In this document: positions 22,824-64,000 of the stretch, piece after piece
Layout of the letters: every line of letters starts with the position of its first letter
Numbering within the stretch: the stretch's first letter is position 1
DNA from: Paraspadella gotoi
Lineage: Eukaryota; Animalia; Chaetognatha
Length of the DNA: 64,000 bases
Assembly: GCA_051294375.1 (NCBI GenBank)
Contig: CM119270.1
Location: 18,719,546-18,783,545, forward strand
Reading direction: 5' to 3'
The notes under the pieces: model-generated
The model's input: only the letters and a program-made list of their open reading frames with translations
Databases searched by the model: none
Told to the model about the DNA's origin: nothing
Translations under genes and position numbers: made by a program

Positions 22824-25800
22824 ATTCAAAATCATCATCATCATTGACTACCCGCTCCGAAACAAAGAAAGACCAATGTTCCGGCGGCGCAGATGGCGGC
22901 GCTGATGTAGAAGCAAGATCTCCATCCATTGATGGTGGGAACGGGTTCCGTGAAATAACCAACCATCAGAGGACCCAGAAAACCGGGTATGGTACCGAAC
23001 CCGTTGGTGAGTCCCATTAGAGAACCTGGGATTGAAAGTATTGTGTAAGAAAGAATAGTATTGTGTATTATATTGTCAATACACTGGCTAAAAATATTTA
23101 AAATATAAAAAGTTGGCCTTACTTTCCCAAAACACCCCATTTTATCTTAAATTCAAAAATAAGATTATTATTTTTTAGTTGTGCCGTGAATACTTTTTGG
23201 TCGGTATGTTGGTTGGTCGGTCAGGCAGAAAGTCTGTCCGTCGGTTTGTCCTACTTATGTTAATGAAGCTGATAACTCGCCCATATTTGGTCACTCATAT
23301 GTTATGACAGAAAAAACCTCAAATCTAAGCGACTGCTAGCGCAGCAATTTGTTTCTCATATTTATATTTAAAACAAAAAAAAAATTTATTCCAATGAAGT
23401 ACGTGTCAAAAATACATGGACTTACACGGGATAACCAAGTCACTTCGACACAACACAACATTTGAATTTCCATGATTGTTATTTAAAGATTAGGTTAGAA
23501 GTAAGGGTTAAGGAATAAGTTAAGAAAAGGTTAGTGATTAAGGTTAGGGAATTGGTCAGTGATTAGGGTTAGAGATCAGGGTTAGGGATTACAGTTTAAG
23601 GTTAGGAGTCAAGGTTAAAATTTAGCGATTAAAGATTTAGGGTTAATGTTTAGGAACCTAAATGTGTCGCTCTGGGAAAAGAGTGCCAACAAGCTTTTAA
23701 GAAATATAAAAAGTAAGAGCCATGGGTCTCACCCAGAAACCTTACCTGCATAGTCAGGCGCTAGATCAAGATGATTTGACATGTACCCGGCCGTACTGAG
23801 GCCGCTCAACCCTGTTCCAAAAATGAGCAGGACAACAGCGGCCGTTCGATCACAACCGACAAAGCTTAAGCCCAAGAGACAAATCAGTTCGAGTGTGAGT
23901 CCCAATGAGTTGAAGAGTCGACGAACGAATCGGGTTGAGAGGCGACCGTCTCGAAGATGGTCCGCGATTCGACCGCCTGATGGGTGGAGGGTTGGCTTCT
24001 TATTGGTTATTGCAACCACTTGGACCTTGTGATTTTATTTTTATTAGTTTTGGTGATGGTGTTAGTGAAATCAGCATTCTTTTTTTCACAAACTTACGCA
24101 TAAAACTAGGAAAATCGTGTGGAATCCTGTTCAAATTTTATTACAAAATGAAAAGTCGACCTTCAGAATATCATTTTTTACTGCGAAAGTTTATATACAT
24201 TTATTTTCCTATGTGCAATAAAGTTACATTTAACCCAGAAAAAAATTCTTACTAGCAATGCTAACGAAATAACTGAAGAGATAAGGCAAAGCGGACAAAA
24301 ATCCATCTTCGTTGACGTTGAAGTGAAGAATTTTCGCGAGATAAGAAGGCATTTCCGTCAACAAAGTGTAGGCTGTCCAGTTGAAGGACGTATGGGCCAC
24401 GACTAAAGCCCAAACCGGAGCTGCGGCCCAGAAAGTCGATTAATTAAGGTACTTTTTTTGGAATTTTAAAACAAATTATTTTACCTGAAGTTAATATTGA
24501 TCGCCAAGGCGTTGGACCAACTTTCGTGGCAGAATTTTTTCCCAAAGAAGAATTGATGTACGCTTTTTCGGCATCTAAACAACGAAAAAATAATAATTTT
24601 CTGTCCCGAATAAAAGTAGCGAAAAAAAATGAATTTACCGGATATTCTAGTATGCTTCTCCGGGTTGTCGAAGCAAAATATAACCCAAAAAATTAACCAA
24701 ATTAATCCTAAAAATCCATTAATGTAAAAAACTGAAGGCCAACCGCCTAAGAAGTCGGATTTGCAGAGAAGGCCAGTGATTGGGAAGCCAATAACGATGC
24801 CTAAATTTGGCCCACTGTAAAGAACTGTGAATAAAGAAATAAATATTTTTAAAAATGACTTTATTAATTGTGGCGCGAGTACTTTTTGGTAGGTCTGTCG
24901 GTTGGTTCATCAGTCGGTCGGACCGTTGGTATGTCTGTCCGTCTTACGTTAAAAATGCATATAATTTGCCTATAGTTGGTCGCTCATTTGTTTAGCCAAA
25001 AAAATCTCAAATCTGAGGGACTGCTAGCGCCGCCTTCAGGAATTTCTAAAACTATAAGGAATAAAAGACGGAATTTTGAAGCACTGCATGTCATAAATAC
25101 ATGGGCGAAATTTTTTTTTTAATCATGTCATGTTCTATCATATCATTAAAAATAATGTCACTGCGGCGCAAAACATTTGAATTACTCTTCTTGTTAAAAG
25201 AAAAATGACTGAAAACCTCATTAAAATATTTTCATTTATTGTAGATGTCAAAATATACATTAAAAATAAAAACTATTTTTAAATTTTTCTGCGTTACTCA
25301 ATAACAAAAACTTTTTTAAGATTATTATAACTAAACCTTGTAATAAATTTACTTGTTGCCATAACAGATCTTTCAGAAGGTGGAGCCCATTGTCCCAGGA
25401 GTGCGCTCAATGAAGGAAACAGGACACCTTGAGAAAAGCCCTGCGAATTGAGCATACTAAGTCAATTCAAAGAATTAAATTTACTATTTTAATCAAAAGA
25501 ATTAAAAATCCCTATTTATATTACAAGAATTGAAATTACTATTTCAATTTAAAAAAATTGAAATAGTGGAAAAAATATTAGTGTGACGGTGAGTTCGCCT
25601 CCTCATGGACCACAAAAATTTTTTTAACAAACCTGAAATATTCTGCACACAAGACAGAGTTTCCATGAATACTGAGCTGATATTGGAAGGAGTAATGTGA
25701 GGATAGATGAGCCCAAAGTGCCCAAACCTAACAATATCTTGGGACCAAATCTTTCGGCTAACATTCCAGCTTAAAATAAGGGAGAAATTAACACAAGTTG

Positions 25801-26389
25801 ATATATTGATAACTAAATAAATTTTCCGAGAATTTCATGACCTTCACTAAAATTTTTAAAGCATTAAACATACTTTTCTGCAGTCATTTTTAGGGTGTAT
25901 AATTAGTGATATTTAGTGAAATAAAAAAATATTTTAAAGGTTACCTGGAATTTGCATACATAAATAACTGTAAAAGAAGGCTCCTAGTAGAGTAGACTGA
26001 ATTCTTTGATCCCACATTAACTCTCCATCATTTTCTGCAGATGTTTCATTCCAATTTGATGGAAAAGGGCATGTTGTTGAGTCGTTATGATGATCTGCCA
26101 GACCATTGGCGTAAGTTTGGTTGACCATCGCCACCATGGCAACTAAATAAATTAATTAACTAATTAAATTCCTTGTCATTGGCTGACTCCCGAGAAATCT
26201 AATACTCTGCCTCAGACCCTAAACTTGTTCGAGATTTAGTTAATGTTAAAATATCAACATACCTGACAGATTAAACCTTTGAAAATAAAGGTTGATAGCT
26301 CCAAGCATTGCCCATAAAATACACCAATATCTATAACTGAATAATTTAGATGGCCCCTTGTTTTCTTCTATTAGAGGAGTAGTATCCAT
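22440..26389 (-). CDS. SLC17/sialin-like MFS anion transporter, copy A (505 aa, intact)
   Basis: Ten GT-AG exons: 26389-26263, 26142-25945, 25769-25633, 25440-25353, 24824-24639, 24574-24485, 24420-24253, 23976-23746, 23025-22852, 22558-22440; total 1518 nt in frame. Motifs: MDTTPLI (dileucine-type, cf. sialin DRTPLL), [86 protein letters not shown]. Confidence 0.93.
23174..23700 (-). mobile_element. HINE-like element in SLC17-A intron 8; related copy in intron 4 (about 24862-25190)
   Basis: Both copies share TACTTTTTGGT..(GGTC/GTCT)n...TTGGTC.CTCAT...CTCAAATCT...GACTGCTAGCGC...AATACATGG...AACATTTGAATT. This copy also contains degenerate (GGTTAG)n. Confidence 0.6.
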
Positions 26390-26669
26390 TGTCTCTAACT
26401 AAAAAGATCATTTAGAATTAAACATAGTCTATTATAACATTTTTTTTTAGTTTTTATACAAACCAGAATTGCTTCAGAGATGTTTCAGGTGATAAACTAT
26501 GATTAATGAATCAAACTAGCTGATTATTTCAGTCTTGTGAAATAAGAAATAGTTCATTCATTTTTGAAATTTAAACTAAGGAAAAACAACAACTTTTTAT
26601 AAATTATTCTGTGTAGTTCATAATCGTCAATTTGGTTGTTATTTCACTGATTAAATGTTATTTTTTTTA

Positions 26670-27237
26670 TTAATTAATTTCAGGATTTATAACAGCTTCA
26701 CTAAAGACGTCATCGTCTTTATCGGGATCAACGCTGACAAGGACTGATTTCCGTCTTTTTGCCCACGGCTGAACTTCGCCTAAAAATAAATAAATAAATA
26801 AATAAATAAGTAAATATATAAATAAATAAATAAATAAATAAATATATAAATAAATAATAATTAAATAAATCAATAACAATAATTCAATAAATCAATCATC
26901 AATCAATCAATCAATCAATAAATAAATTAATTTAAACAATTAATGTAGTATTGTGGCGGTATATTCACACTGCCTTACATCCACCATCGTTTAGCCAGTC
27001 CCATTGGCTCAGAGGGGGAACGCACCATCCCAAGCGTTGCGTTCCATCCACAGTCCTAACGGTTTTCGGTTTGGAACCAGGCTTAAGCCTGATCTTGAGT
27101 TGAGGGTTTTCCAAGCCCCCAAGGCGGTTTACGGCCGTTCTGACGCTTCCCGCAGGAGAGGTACCATTGGGAATGGATCCCGGTACCTGATGGTCATGAT
27201 CTGATGTTTTAAACTTTTGCCGTTCTCGTTCTCTCTC

Positions 27238-27286
<49 letters not shown>

Positions 27287-27625
27287 GCCCGATTACACTT
27301 ACTTTTTGAGCCACCGACACCCCTGCCCCCTCTCCCCATCCCTCCCCCACCCTCCACCAAGTCCACCATACAACCACCTGCTCCGAAACAAAGAAAGGCC
27401 AACATCCCCGTTGCGCAGATGGCGGCGCTGATGAAGAAGCAAGATCGCCATCCGTTGATGGTGGGAACGGGTTCAGTGAAAAGGCCAACCATCACGGGCC
27501 CCATGAATCCGGGTATGGTGCCGAAGCAGTTGGTGAGGCCCATGAGGGTGCCTGGAAGGAGAGAGAGAGAGAGAAGAGAGACAGGGAGAGAGAAGAGGAG
27601 AGAGAGAGAGAGTGACAGAGGGAGG

Positions 27626-27656
<31 letters not shown>

Positions 27657-27683
27657 TGAAAACTATATTAACACTTTGAGTCA

Positions 27684-27731
<48 letters not shown>

Positions 27732-30700
27732 ATCTCATCTCCCTCATATCCCAACCGGCATATTCCGGCGCCAGGTCCAGATGATTGGACATGTAGCCGG
27801 AAATGGACAAGCCGCTGAGCCCTGTTGCGCCGACGAGAAGAAAAACGGCGAGGGTGCGGTCGCAGCCCACGAAGGCCAAGCCCAAGAGGCACGCGAATTG
27901 AAAGGCCATCCCGAGGGAGTTGAAGGTTCGACGGACGACTCGAGTGGAGAGGCGACCCGCGCGGAGGTAGTCGGCCACTTGACCACCTTTTTGGAGGGTG
28001 TGGGGAGTGGGTAGATGTGGGGAGAGTTTGTAGTTTTGGGTATTGGTGGTTGTGAACACAATGAGAAAAGGTGTGAATGAATACGTGACAGGCGGTGAAT
28101 GCATTTTTCTTTTCAGTTTTATTTTAAAAAATCGGGTTTATCGTACAGCGTTGTGTTGTTAAAATTATGTTATATAAACAGCTAAATAACATTTGTAATA
28201 CAAAAATATGTAACTTCATAAATCATAATAAAGAAATGTGTTTAAAAGATTAACTATAATTGGTTGGCCTTCACGCCCCATTTCTATTTTTGTTCCATAA
28301 TTTTTGTTTCAAAATCGAAATCCATCTTTAAAAAACTAACCACCACAACAACAGCGACAAAAATCGAAACAGTTTCAAACTTATAAACAAACAAACAAAC
28401 GAAGAAAGAACAAGGAAACGAACTTTCCGAACCTCACCAAGTATAATGACGACAAACTCAACGAGGTAAGGCAAGGAAGACAGGAATCCGTCCTCGTCGA
28501 TTTTGAAGTGAAGGATGTCGGTGAGGTAAGACGGCGTCTCGGTGAGGAGAGTGTAGAATGTCCAGTTGAAACACGTGTGGGTCACGATTAACGCCCAGAC
28601 CGGAACTTGGGGGTTAGGTAGGGTAGCGGGGGCAAGGGGTGAGGTGTAGAATGGCATGGCATGGCATGAAGAGAGAAATGTTCGACAATTGTTCGTTTGA
28701 GGTAATAGCTATTCTCGTCGTGGTAGTTTTAAGCTATTTTGAACGTTTGAAATAATTTAGCTCTTGTTAAGCCTTGCCATATTTTTAATCTTTATCGCTA
28801 AAATTTAAAGTGTGCCCCTATATTCTGTGTGAAATTAGTACAACCATTATGAAAATTATCAATTCATTTAATAAATAAGCAATCTTGCCCCTGACTTTGG
28901 GACAGGCTTTGGCGGTTTATGGCCTCCATCACTCTTACAAGATAATGACATAGCAGGTCCCTGCAAGCTTTCAATCAACACTCCCCACAGTCTCCTTTAT
29001 TCACTCCCAGTATATGATTTTCCAAAATTTAGTTCTAAATTGATAGCTAAATTCAGTATAAATTTAGTATAAAATTTAAAAATATTGAAAAATTATAGCA
29101 AATCCTAACCATTTTCAATTAATTCTTCGTATCATTGTTCTTTTTTTGTCCATTTTTCAATGTTACTTTAGTTATTATATTCATTAGTATTAACTAACAT
29201 AACATTTATTAACCCCGTAACCGGAAGTTAGAATGGCTCGCCAAGGAATCGGTCCGACTTCGCTGTCCCTTCCTTTGCCCAGAGACGAGTTGATGAAATT
29301 TCTTTCGGATTCTTGATTAAATTATTTATTTATTAAAATTATTAACTATTTAAACAGTAATCAAGCAAACATTACTAAAATAAAAGGGACTAAACCGGAT
29401 ATTCTGGGATGCTTATCCGGAGAGTGTCGAAGCAAAAGAGAGTCCAACAAACGAACCAAATTAGACCCAAGACTCCGTAAAGATAAAAGACAGAAGGCAA
29501 CCACCCAAAAAGTCGGATTTACAGAGGAGACCGGCGATGGGCAGACCGAGGATCGTGCCCAGTTGACTCCCGCTGTAGCGACTTGAAAAAAAAGGTGGGA
29601 AAAGAATTTTAGATGAATTTTGAATCTCGGTTAACAAGAACTGAGAAGCTATTAAGAACTTTCCTTGATGGTTGCGAATGAAAAAACATGATTTGAAGCG
29701 AGCTTGAGAGCAATGGAATCAGGAAAATTGATTGGCTAACTGCAAACTGCTCGCTCGTTTTTCTCACATGGCTGGCCGGATTTCTCTCCTCAATGTCTTG
29801 AATGTTTACTTGTGGCCATGATGGATCTCTCTCCTCAATACTTCAATGTTTAACTTGTGGCCATGATGGATCTCTCTCCTCAATACTTCAATGTTTACTT
29901 TGTGGCCATGATGGATCTCTCTCCTCAATACTTCAATGTTTACTTGTGGCCATGATGGATCTCTCTCCTCAATACTTCAATGTTTACTTGTGGCCATGAT
30001 GGATCTCTCTCCTCAATAACTTCAATGTTTACTTGTGGCCATGATGGATCTCTCTCCTCAATACTTCAATGTTTACTTGTGGCCATGATGGAATCTCTCT
30101 CCTCAATACTTCAATGTTTTACTTGTGGCCAAGATGGATCTCTCTCCCTCAATACTTCAATGTTTACTTGTGGCCATGATGGATCTCTCTCCTCAATACT
30201 TCAATGTTTACTTGTGGCCATGATGAATCTCTCTCCTCAATACTTCAATGTTTACTTGTGGCCATGATGGATCTCTCTCCTCAATACTTCAATGTTTACT
30301 TGTGGCCATGATGGATTCTCTCTCAATACTTCAATGTTTACTTGTGGCCATGATGGATCTCTCTCCTCAATACTTCATGTTTACTTGTGGCCATGATGGA
30401 TCTCTCTCCTCAATAGCTTCAATGTTTACTTGTGGCCATGATGGGACTCTCTCCCAAAGGGCGGAGCCCACTGTCCCAGCAAAGAACTCAATGCCGGAGT
30501 CGTGACTCCCTCTCCCAAACCCTGTAGTACAGAGTGAATAAATTGTATAATTTGTTTATATTGTAGCCTAGAAATAATTAGATTAGATTAGATTATAGAA
30601 ATTAGATTAGATTAGATTAGATTAGATTACAGATTAGATTATTTATTATAGATTAGAGAAATAACTTGTTTAACTTGTTATTTATTTATTTATCAAATTT

Positions 30701-31952
30701 GTGATCGAACCTGAAAAATTCTACAAACGAGAAAAAACTGCCAAGAGCTTTTCGCTGCCAAAGGAATAATTAAAGTAAAAATAGTCGTGCAGAGAGTTCC
30801 TAATCCAAATAGCCACTTGGCGCCGAACTTTTCCGCCATGACTCCACCTGAAATAATGGGGCACGGAATTGAAATACGGATTTCAAAACTTAATATATAT
30901 GACAACACTTTGCGTTCATCTTAAAAATTAAAGAAAATTTAAAATCGTGTTAGGTTACGTCAGGTTACGTCAAAAATTTAGTAGATAAAGCATTTTTCAA
31001 TTTTTAGAATTTTTTTTTTATTCGCGGTAAAATGTCCTTATCAGAGAAGTTTCAAAAAACCTCGCGTCATAATTTCGTTCACAAACATTTATCGTCATGA
31101 TAATAATATGATTTAAAATTATTCTAATCGATAGATTCCCTGGAATTTGCATGGGCAAGTATCCGTAGAAAAAAGCTCCCAGGACTGCGGACTGAATCTT
31201 TTGATCCCACAAGAGTTCTCCCTCTTTGTCCGAACTGGAATCGTTCCAATTGGACGGATACGGACAGACGGACGAATCGTTATCGTGGGCGTGCGGATCG
31301 TTGGCGTACGTTTGATTCACCATCGCTACGAGGGCCACTTGAGGTAAGGAAAGCTAATGTGAGGTGAGAACGAGTCACGTTTGATTCAAAGTCGTGACCT
31401 TAAAAAGGCAATTTATGTTCTAATATCTTTACACAACGAAAAGAAAGTTTATAAGACAAAGTGCATACCTTATATCTTAGATTTAGCACTTTACACAAAA
31501 CATTTATGCAGCAATAAACCTTTTAGTTATCTTGGTTTTTGCACTTTTTTTTTTCAAAACAATTATATGGCAATACAGCTTTTTATTTATTCTTGATTTA
31601 AGTTTTCATTGGAAATTTTAAAGAGTAGATTTACAAATTTATATTAGATTCATGTAGCCCTTATTATATATTCAAACTTGGATTGTCACTAACTTTCTCT
31701 CAAAATATTTAATTAATGATTAATTTAATAATAATTAATAATTAATAATTATTAATTGGTTTTTTTCAGTTCGAAATATGATAGGTTTAGCTTCCTTACT
31801 AAAAATTAAAAATTTAATTATCGTATTACCCGATAAATTGACCCTTTGAAGTAGAGATTGAGAAACCAAGCAATCGCCCAAAAGACGCACCAGTATCGAT
31901 AACTGAGGCCATTTCGGAGGCCCGCTGTCCACGATAGAGGAACCCTGTCCAT
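26670..31952 (-). CDS. SLC17/sialin-like transporter, copy B; frameshifts in exons 1, 4 and 5 (sequencing error or young pseudogene)
   Basis: Same 10-exon structure as copy A: 31952-31830, 31337-31140, 30847-30711, 30521-30430, 29581-29396, 29311-29222, 28605-28438, 27986-27756, 27551-27378, 26779-26670. Motifs: VALVAMVNQT, AVLGAFFYGY..QIPGG, RIFQGLGEG, PVWALIVTHTCFNWTFYTLL, NHLDLAPEYAG, GEVQPWA. Single-base indels break the frame in three 5' exons. Confidence 0.85.
26945..27210 (-). mobile_element. Possible SINE in SLC17-B intron 9
   Basis: Complex, GC-richer island of about 260 bp with B-box-like GGGATCCATTCCC near its minus-strand 5' end and a simple-repeat tail. Absent from the equivalent intron of copy A. 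Confidence 0.35.
29782..30452. repeat. 44-bp minisatellite, about 15 copies, spanning the SLC17-B exon 4/intron 4 junction
   Basis: Minus-strand unit GAGAGATCCATCATGGCCACAA|GTAAACATTGAAGTATTGAGGA. Its first half is the exon end (ERSIMAT; copy A has ERSVMAT A|GTAAAT). Confidence 0.93.
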
Positions 31953-32803
31953 TTTTACGATCTCATTTTGACACAAATTTAAACTTAAAAAAAAAATCAT
32001 TTCCTTTGAGAATAAAATTGATTTTAAAAAACTATTAAAATGAATAATTAACATAGATGCGTTTTTTTTAAAAAATCTCCTGGTTCGGTGAGTCATCCCA
32101 GGCATCGACCGAATCAGCTGTTTTTATTTCCTCGAAAATCGCGATTAGTAAACTTGATTATAAATTGATTCAAAGGGGCGGACGACGAAAGATTTTCCTT
32201 TATCTCGGCAAACTCCGTTTTCTGATTTATCTTAACTGATCAAGAAATTAGGAAATCGGAAATACTATGATAACTTCGCAGCGTCGTTTTATGTCATATT
32301 GTTACATGTCGAAACAAAACCACAACAACTTCAAAATGAGGAATAGTCCATGTTTAAAAAGTTATAAAAAAAACCAAAGACCAATTCTACCCCGTTAAAT
32401 GCAATTTTGTTTTAATAAAACTTCCACTCTCCCCCGTCAGGTGGCAATCTCGACTCAGCAACATTCCCGAACTGATCTTATGTTTCTCTGAAAACCGATG
32501 TTTTTCCTGTCTGAAAACTCGTCCCACAAATAAAGGCCTTTATCCTTCGGATTTCCCTAGTTCTCTCTCCCCCTCCTCCGCCCCCCGACCTTCCTCGAAA
32601 TAATTCAGCTTCTTGACTCATATTTATTTTTCTTTTCTCCACAAAAAAACTTGAGAAAAAAAACATCGAAGTTCATTCAAAAGCGAAGAAGATGAATTTC
32701 TGGGGCAGAATGATGAGCCGTTGGTTTTAGGGTACAGTTTTTTTTTCTCTCTTTTCAGTCCCGACCCTGAAATTATCTCTCTCTTCTTCTCTCCTCTCTC
32801 TTT

Positions 32804-32850
<47 letters not shown>

Positions 32851-32965
32851 CTCTCTCTTGTGCTCCCGGTGTTTTTTTTTTATTAGTGGATGAAATCTTC
32901 CCATGCATTCTCGTCTTAATTTTCTTTTTTTTTCAATTTTTTTATTTTAAACCAGACACCCCGAC

Positions 32966-33049
<84 letters not shown>

Positions 33050-33397
33050 TTTCGCCCATCCTCTTCTCCTCCATCTCTGTCGCGCCTCGTTATCTCTCGT
33101 CTCTCTCCCTCGTCTGCATCGCGAAGGCCGAGCATCGACTTCGAAGCCGACGGGAAAAAAAACGAAAAAAATCTGGGAGAATTCTCTCTCTCTCTCTCTC
33201 CTCTCTCTCCTCTCTCTCATTCTCTCTCGTCTCTCTCTTCTCTCTCTCTCTCTCTCTCTCTCACGTATTTCCTCTGAAACTTTCTTCATTTTCAAAGGAC
33301 CAACAGCATAAAAGAAACACGCCGCGAGCATGGAAAAAAAAAATTCATGATTTAACTTCATAACATCTTATTTTTTTGGAGAGAGAGGAGAGAGAGA

Positions 33398-33458
<61 letters not shown>

Positions 33459-33627
33459 TTTAAAGGTGGGAAAAACGAGAGAGAGACTAATTTGCTGGAG
33501 TTTTTTTGCCCATCACCTCCCCATCATTCTTTGTGTTCTGCCGGATCACCGGGAGAGAAAGTGAGAGTAAAATACTCGAGCACACAGCCTTCTCTCTCTC
33601 GTCGTCTCTCGTCTCTCTCTCTTCTCT

Positions 33628-33672
<45 letters not shown>

Positions 33673-34395
33673 TCTCTCCACTCTCTCTCTTCTTTCTCTG
33701 CTCTCCATCTCCGATCCGTCTGCTTTTCTCTTTCACTCATTCTCTCTCTCTCTTCAGTCTCTGCGTTATACTGGCAGCCTTGCGATGTGTGATGGTTGGG
33801 GGAAAGAAGGAGAGAACGAGCGAGAGAGAGAGAGAAAGTCGTCATCTTTGTCTCCCTCTCCCTACTTCATCTCTCTCTCTCTCACTCTCTCTCTCTGTCT
33901 CAGCCGCGTCTACGTGGTTGGCCCATCGCCGCCTCCACCCCCCCTTGCGACCGGAAACGAACAAAAAAACCAGACCGTGACGGGGACGCATCGAACGAAC
34001 GAAGCGGCGAACGAACTTATGAACGAACGAACGAATGAACGTCTAACGCGTAGCAAACCAACGAAGTATCAAGACGACAACGAAACAAAGCGTTCTGAGT
34101 CATCGCCATCGTAATCATTAATTCGACGTTATATTATTTTTTTCTCACTTTTAATTTTTTTTAAAAAATAGTTTAATGATTTTTAAAATTATAAAATCTC
34201 AACAGGAAAACATTAGAATAAATCGACTTCCGAGGACGCCGCGGTTTCTTTTTCCGCCCGAAAGTGGAAGGCCGGCGTCAACCGGCGCGACGTGGCGGCG
34301 TCATTCCGCCCGGCCGACGGCGCCATCGAGCCACGCCCACCCCGTCATCGTCGTCACCGTCGTTAACGTCTGGACGAGAGTCAACGGCGGCGTAA

Positions 34396-63691
<29,296 letters not shown>

Positions 63692-64000
63692 GTAAGATGA
63701 GGGGGGTGGNNNNNNNNNNNNNNNNNGGGAAAGGGGAGATGGGAGAAGAAATGAAATAGGAGGAAAAGAAAAGATGGGAACTGATGGGAAGAGAAGGGAG
63801 AGGAGATGGGAGAGCAGATAGAAAGAGAAATGGGAAAAGAAATAACTTAATGGCTTGGGTAATAAAAAGACGGTGAATGTAATGGAAGATATTGCGGGTT
63901 ATTTCTATTATTTCTATTAAATTAATGAGCCATGAATATTGGCTACGAGCAAAGAGGATGGAAAAAAAAAGTAATAAACTATTCTTATATTTAAAAAAGA

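Noticed and set aside
22440-31952. Calling the SLC17 genes VGLUT or definitive SLC17A5 orthologues
   Set aside because: They lack the VGLUT TM7 Arg, and invertebrates have expanded sialin-like families; orthology needs a phylogeny.

Overview
Draft-quality eukaryotic (metazoan, probably invertebrate) genomic DNA, dense in microsatellites, with seven N gaps. Nearly all ORFs in the supplied track are microsatellite artefacts; the real genes are spliced. I rebuilt four genes by hand from splice sites. (1) An Apaf-1-like gene (CARD + NB-ARC) on the minus strand, 9249 to <1, running off the window. (2,3) Two tandem sialin-like SLC17 anion transporters on the minus strand: copy A at 22440-26389 is intact (505 aa); copy B at 26670-31952 has several single-base indels. 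(4) A misshapen/MAP4K4/TNIK-type Ste20 kinase on the plus strand from 34516 to the window end. Its middle exons recur twice in inverted orientation (about 49.8-53.8 kb and 55.0-62.2 kb) and once in a highly degraded form (43.6-45.5 kb), most likely an assembly or haplotype artefact. The rest is minisatellites, Helentron/HINE-like, SINE-like and MITE-like repeats. The most interesting signals are: tandem repeats born from exon-intron junctions that multiply 5' splice sites; an E-to-Q change at a proton-coupling residue in one SLC17 paralog; only 280 bp between the paralogs; a triple CLEAR/E-box cluster; and a possible cassette exon or nuclear-receptor half-site array in an Apaf-1 intron. I see no clear evidence of a wholly new biological system. 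All family assignments rest on recalled motifs, not database searches.
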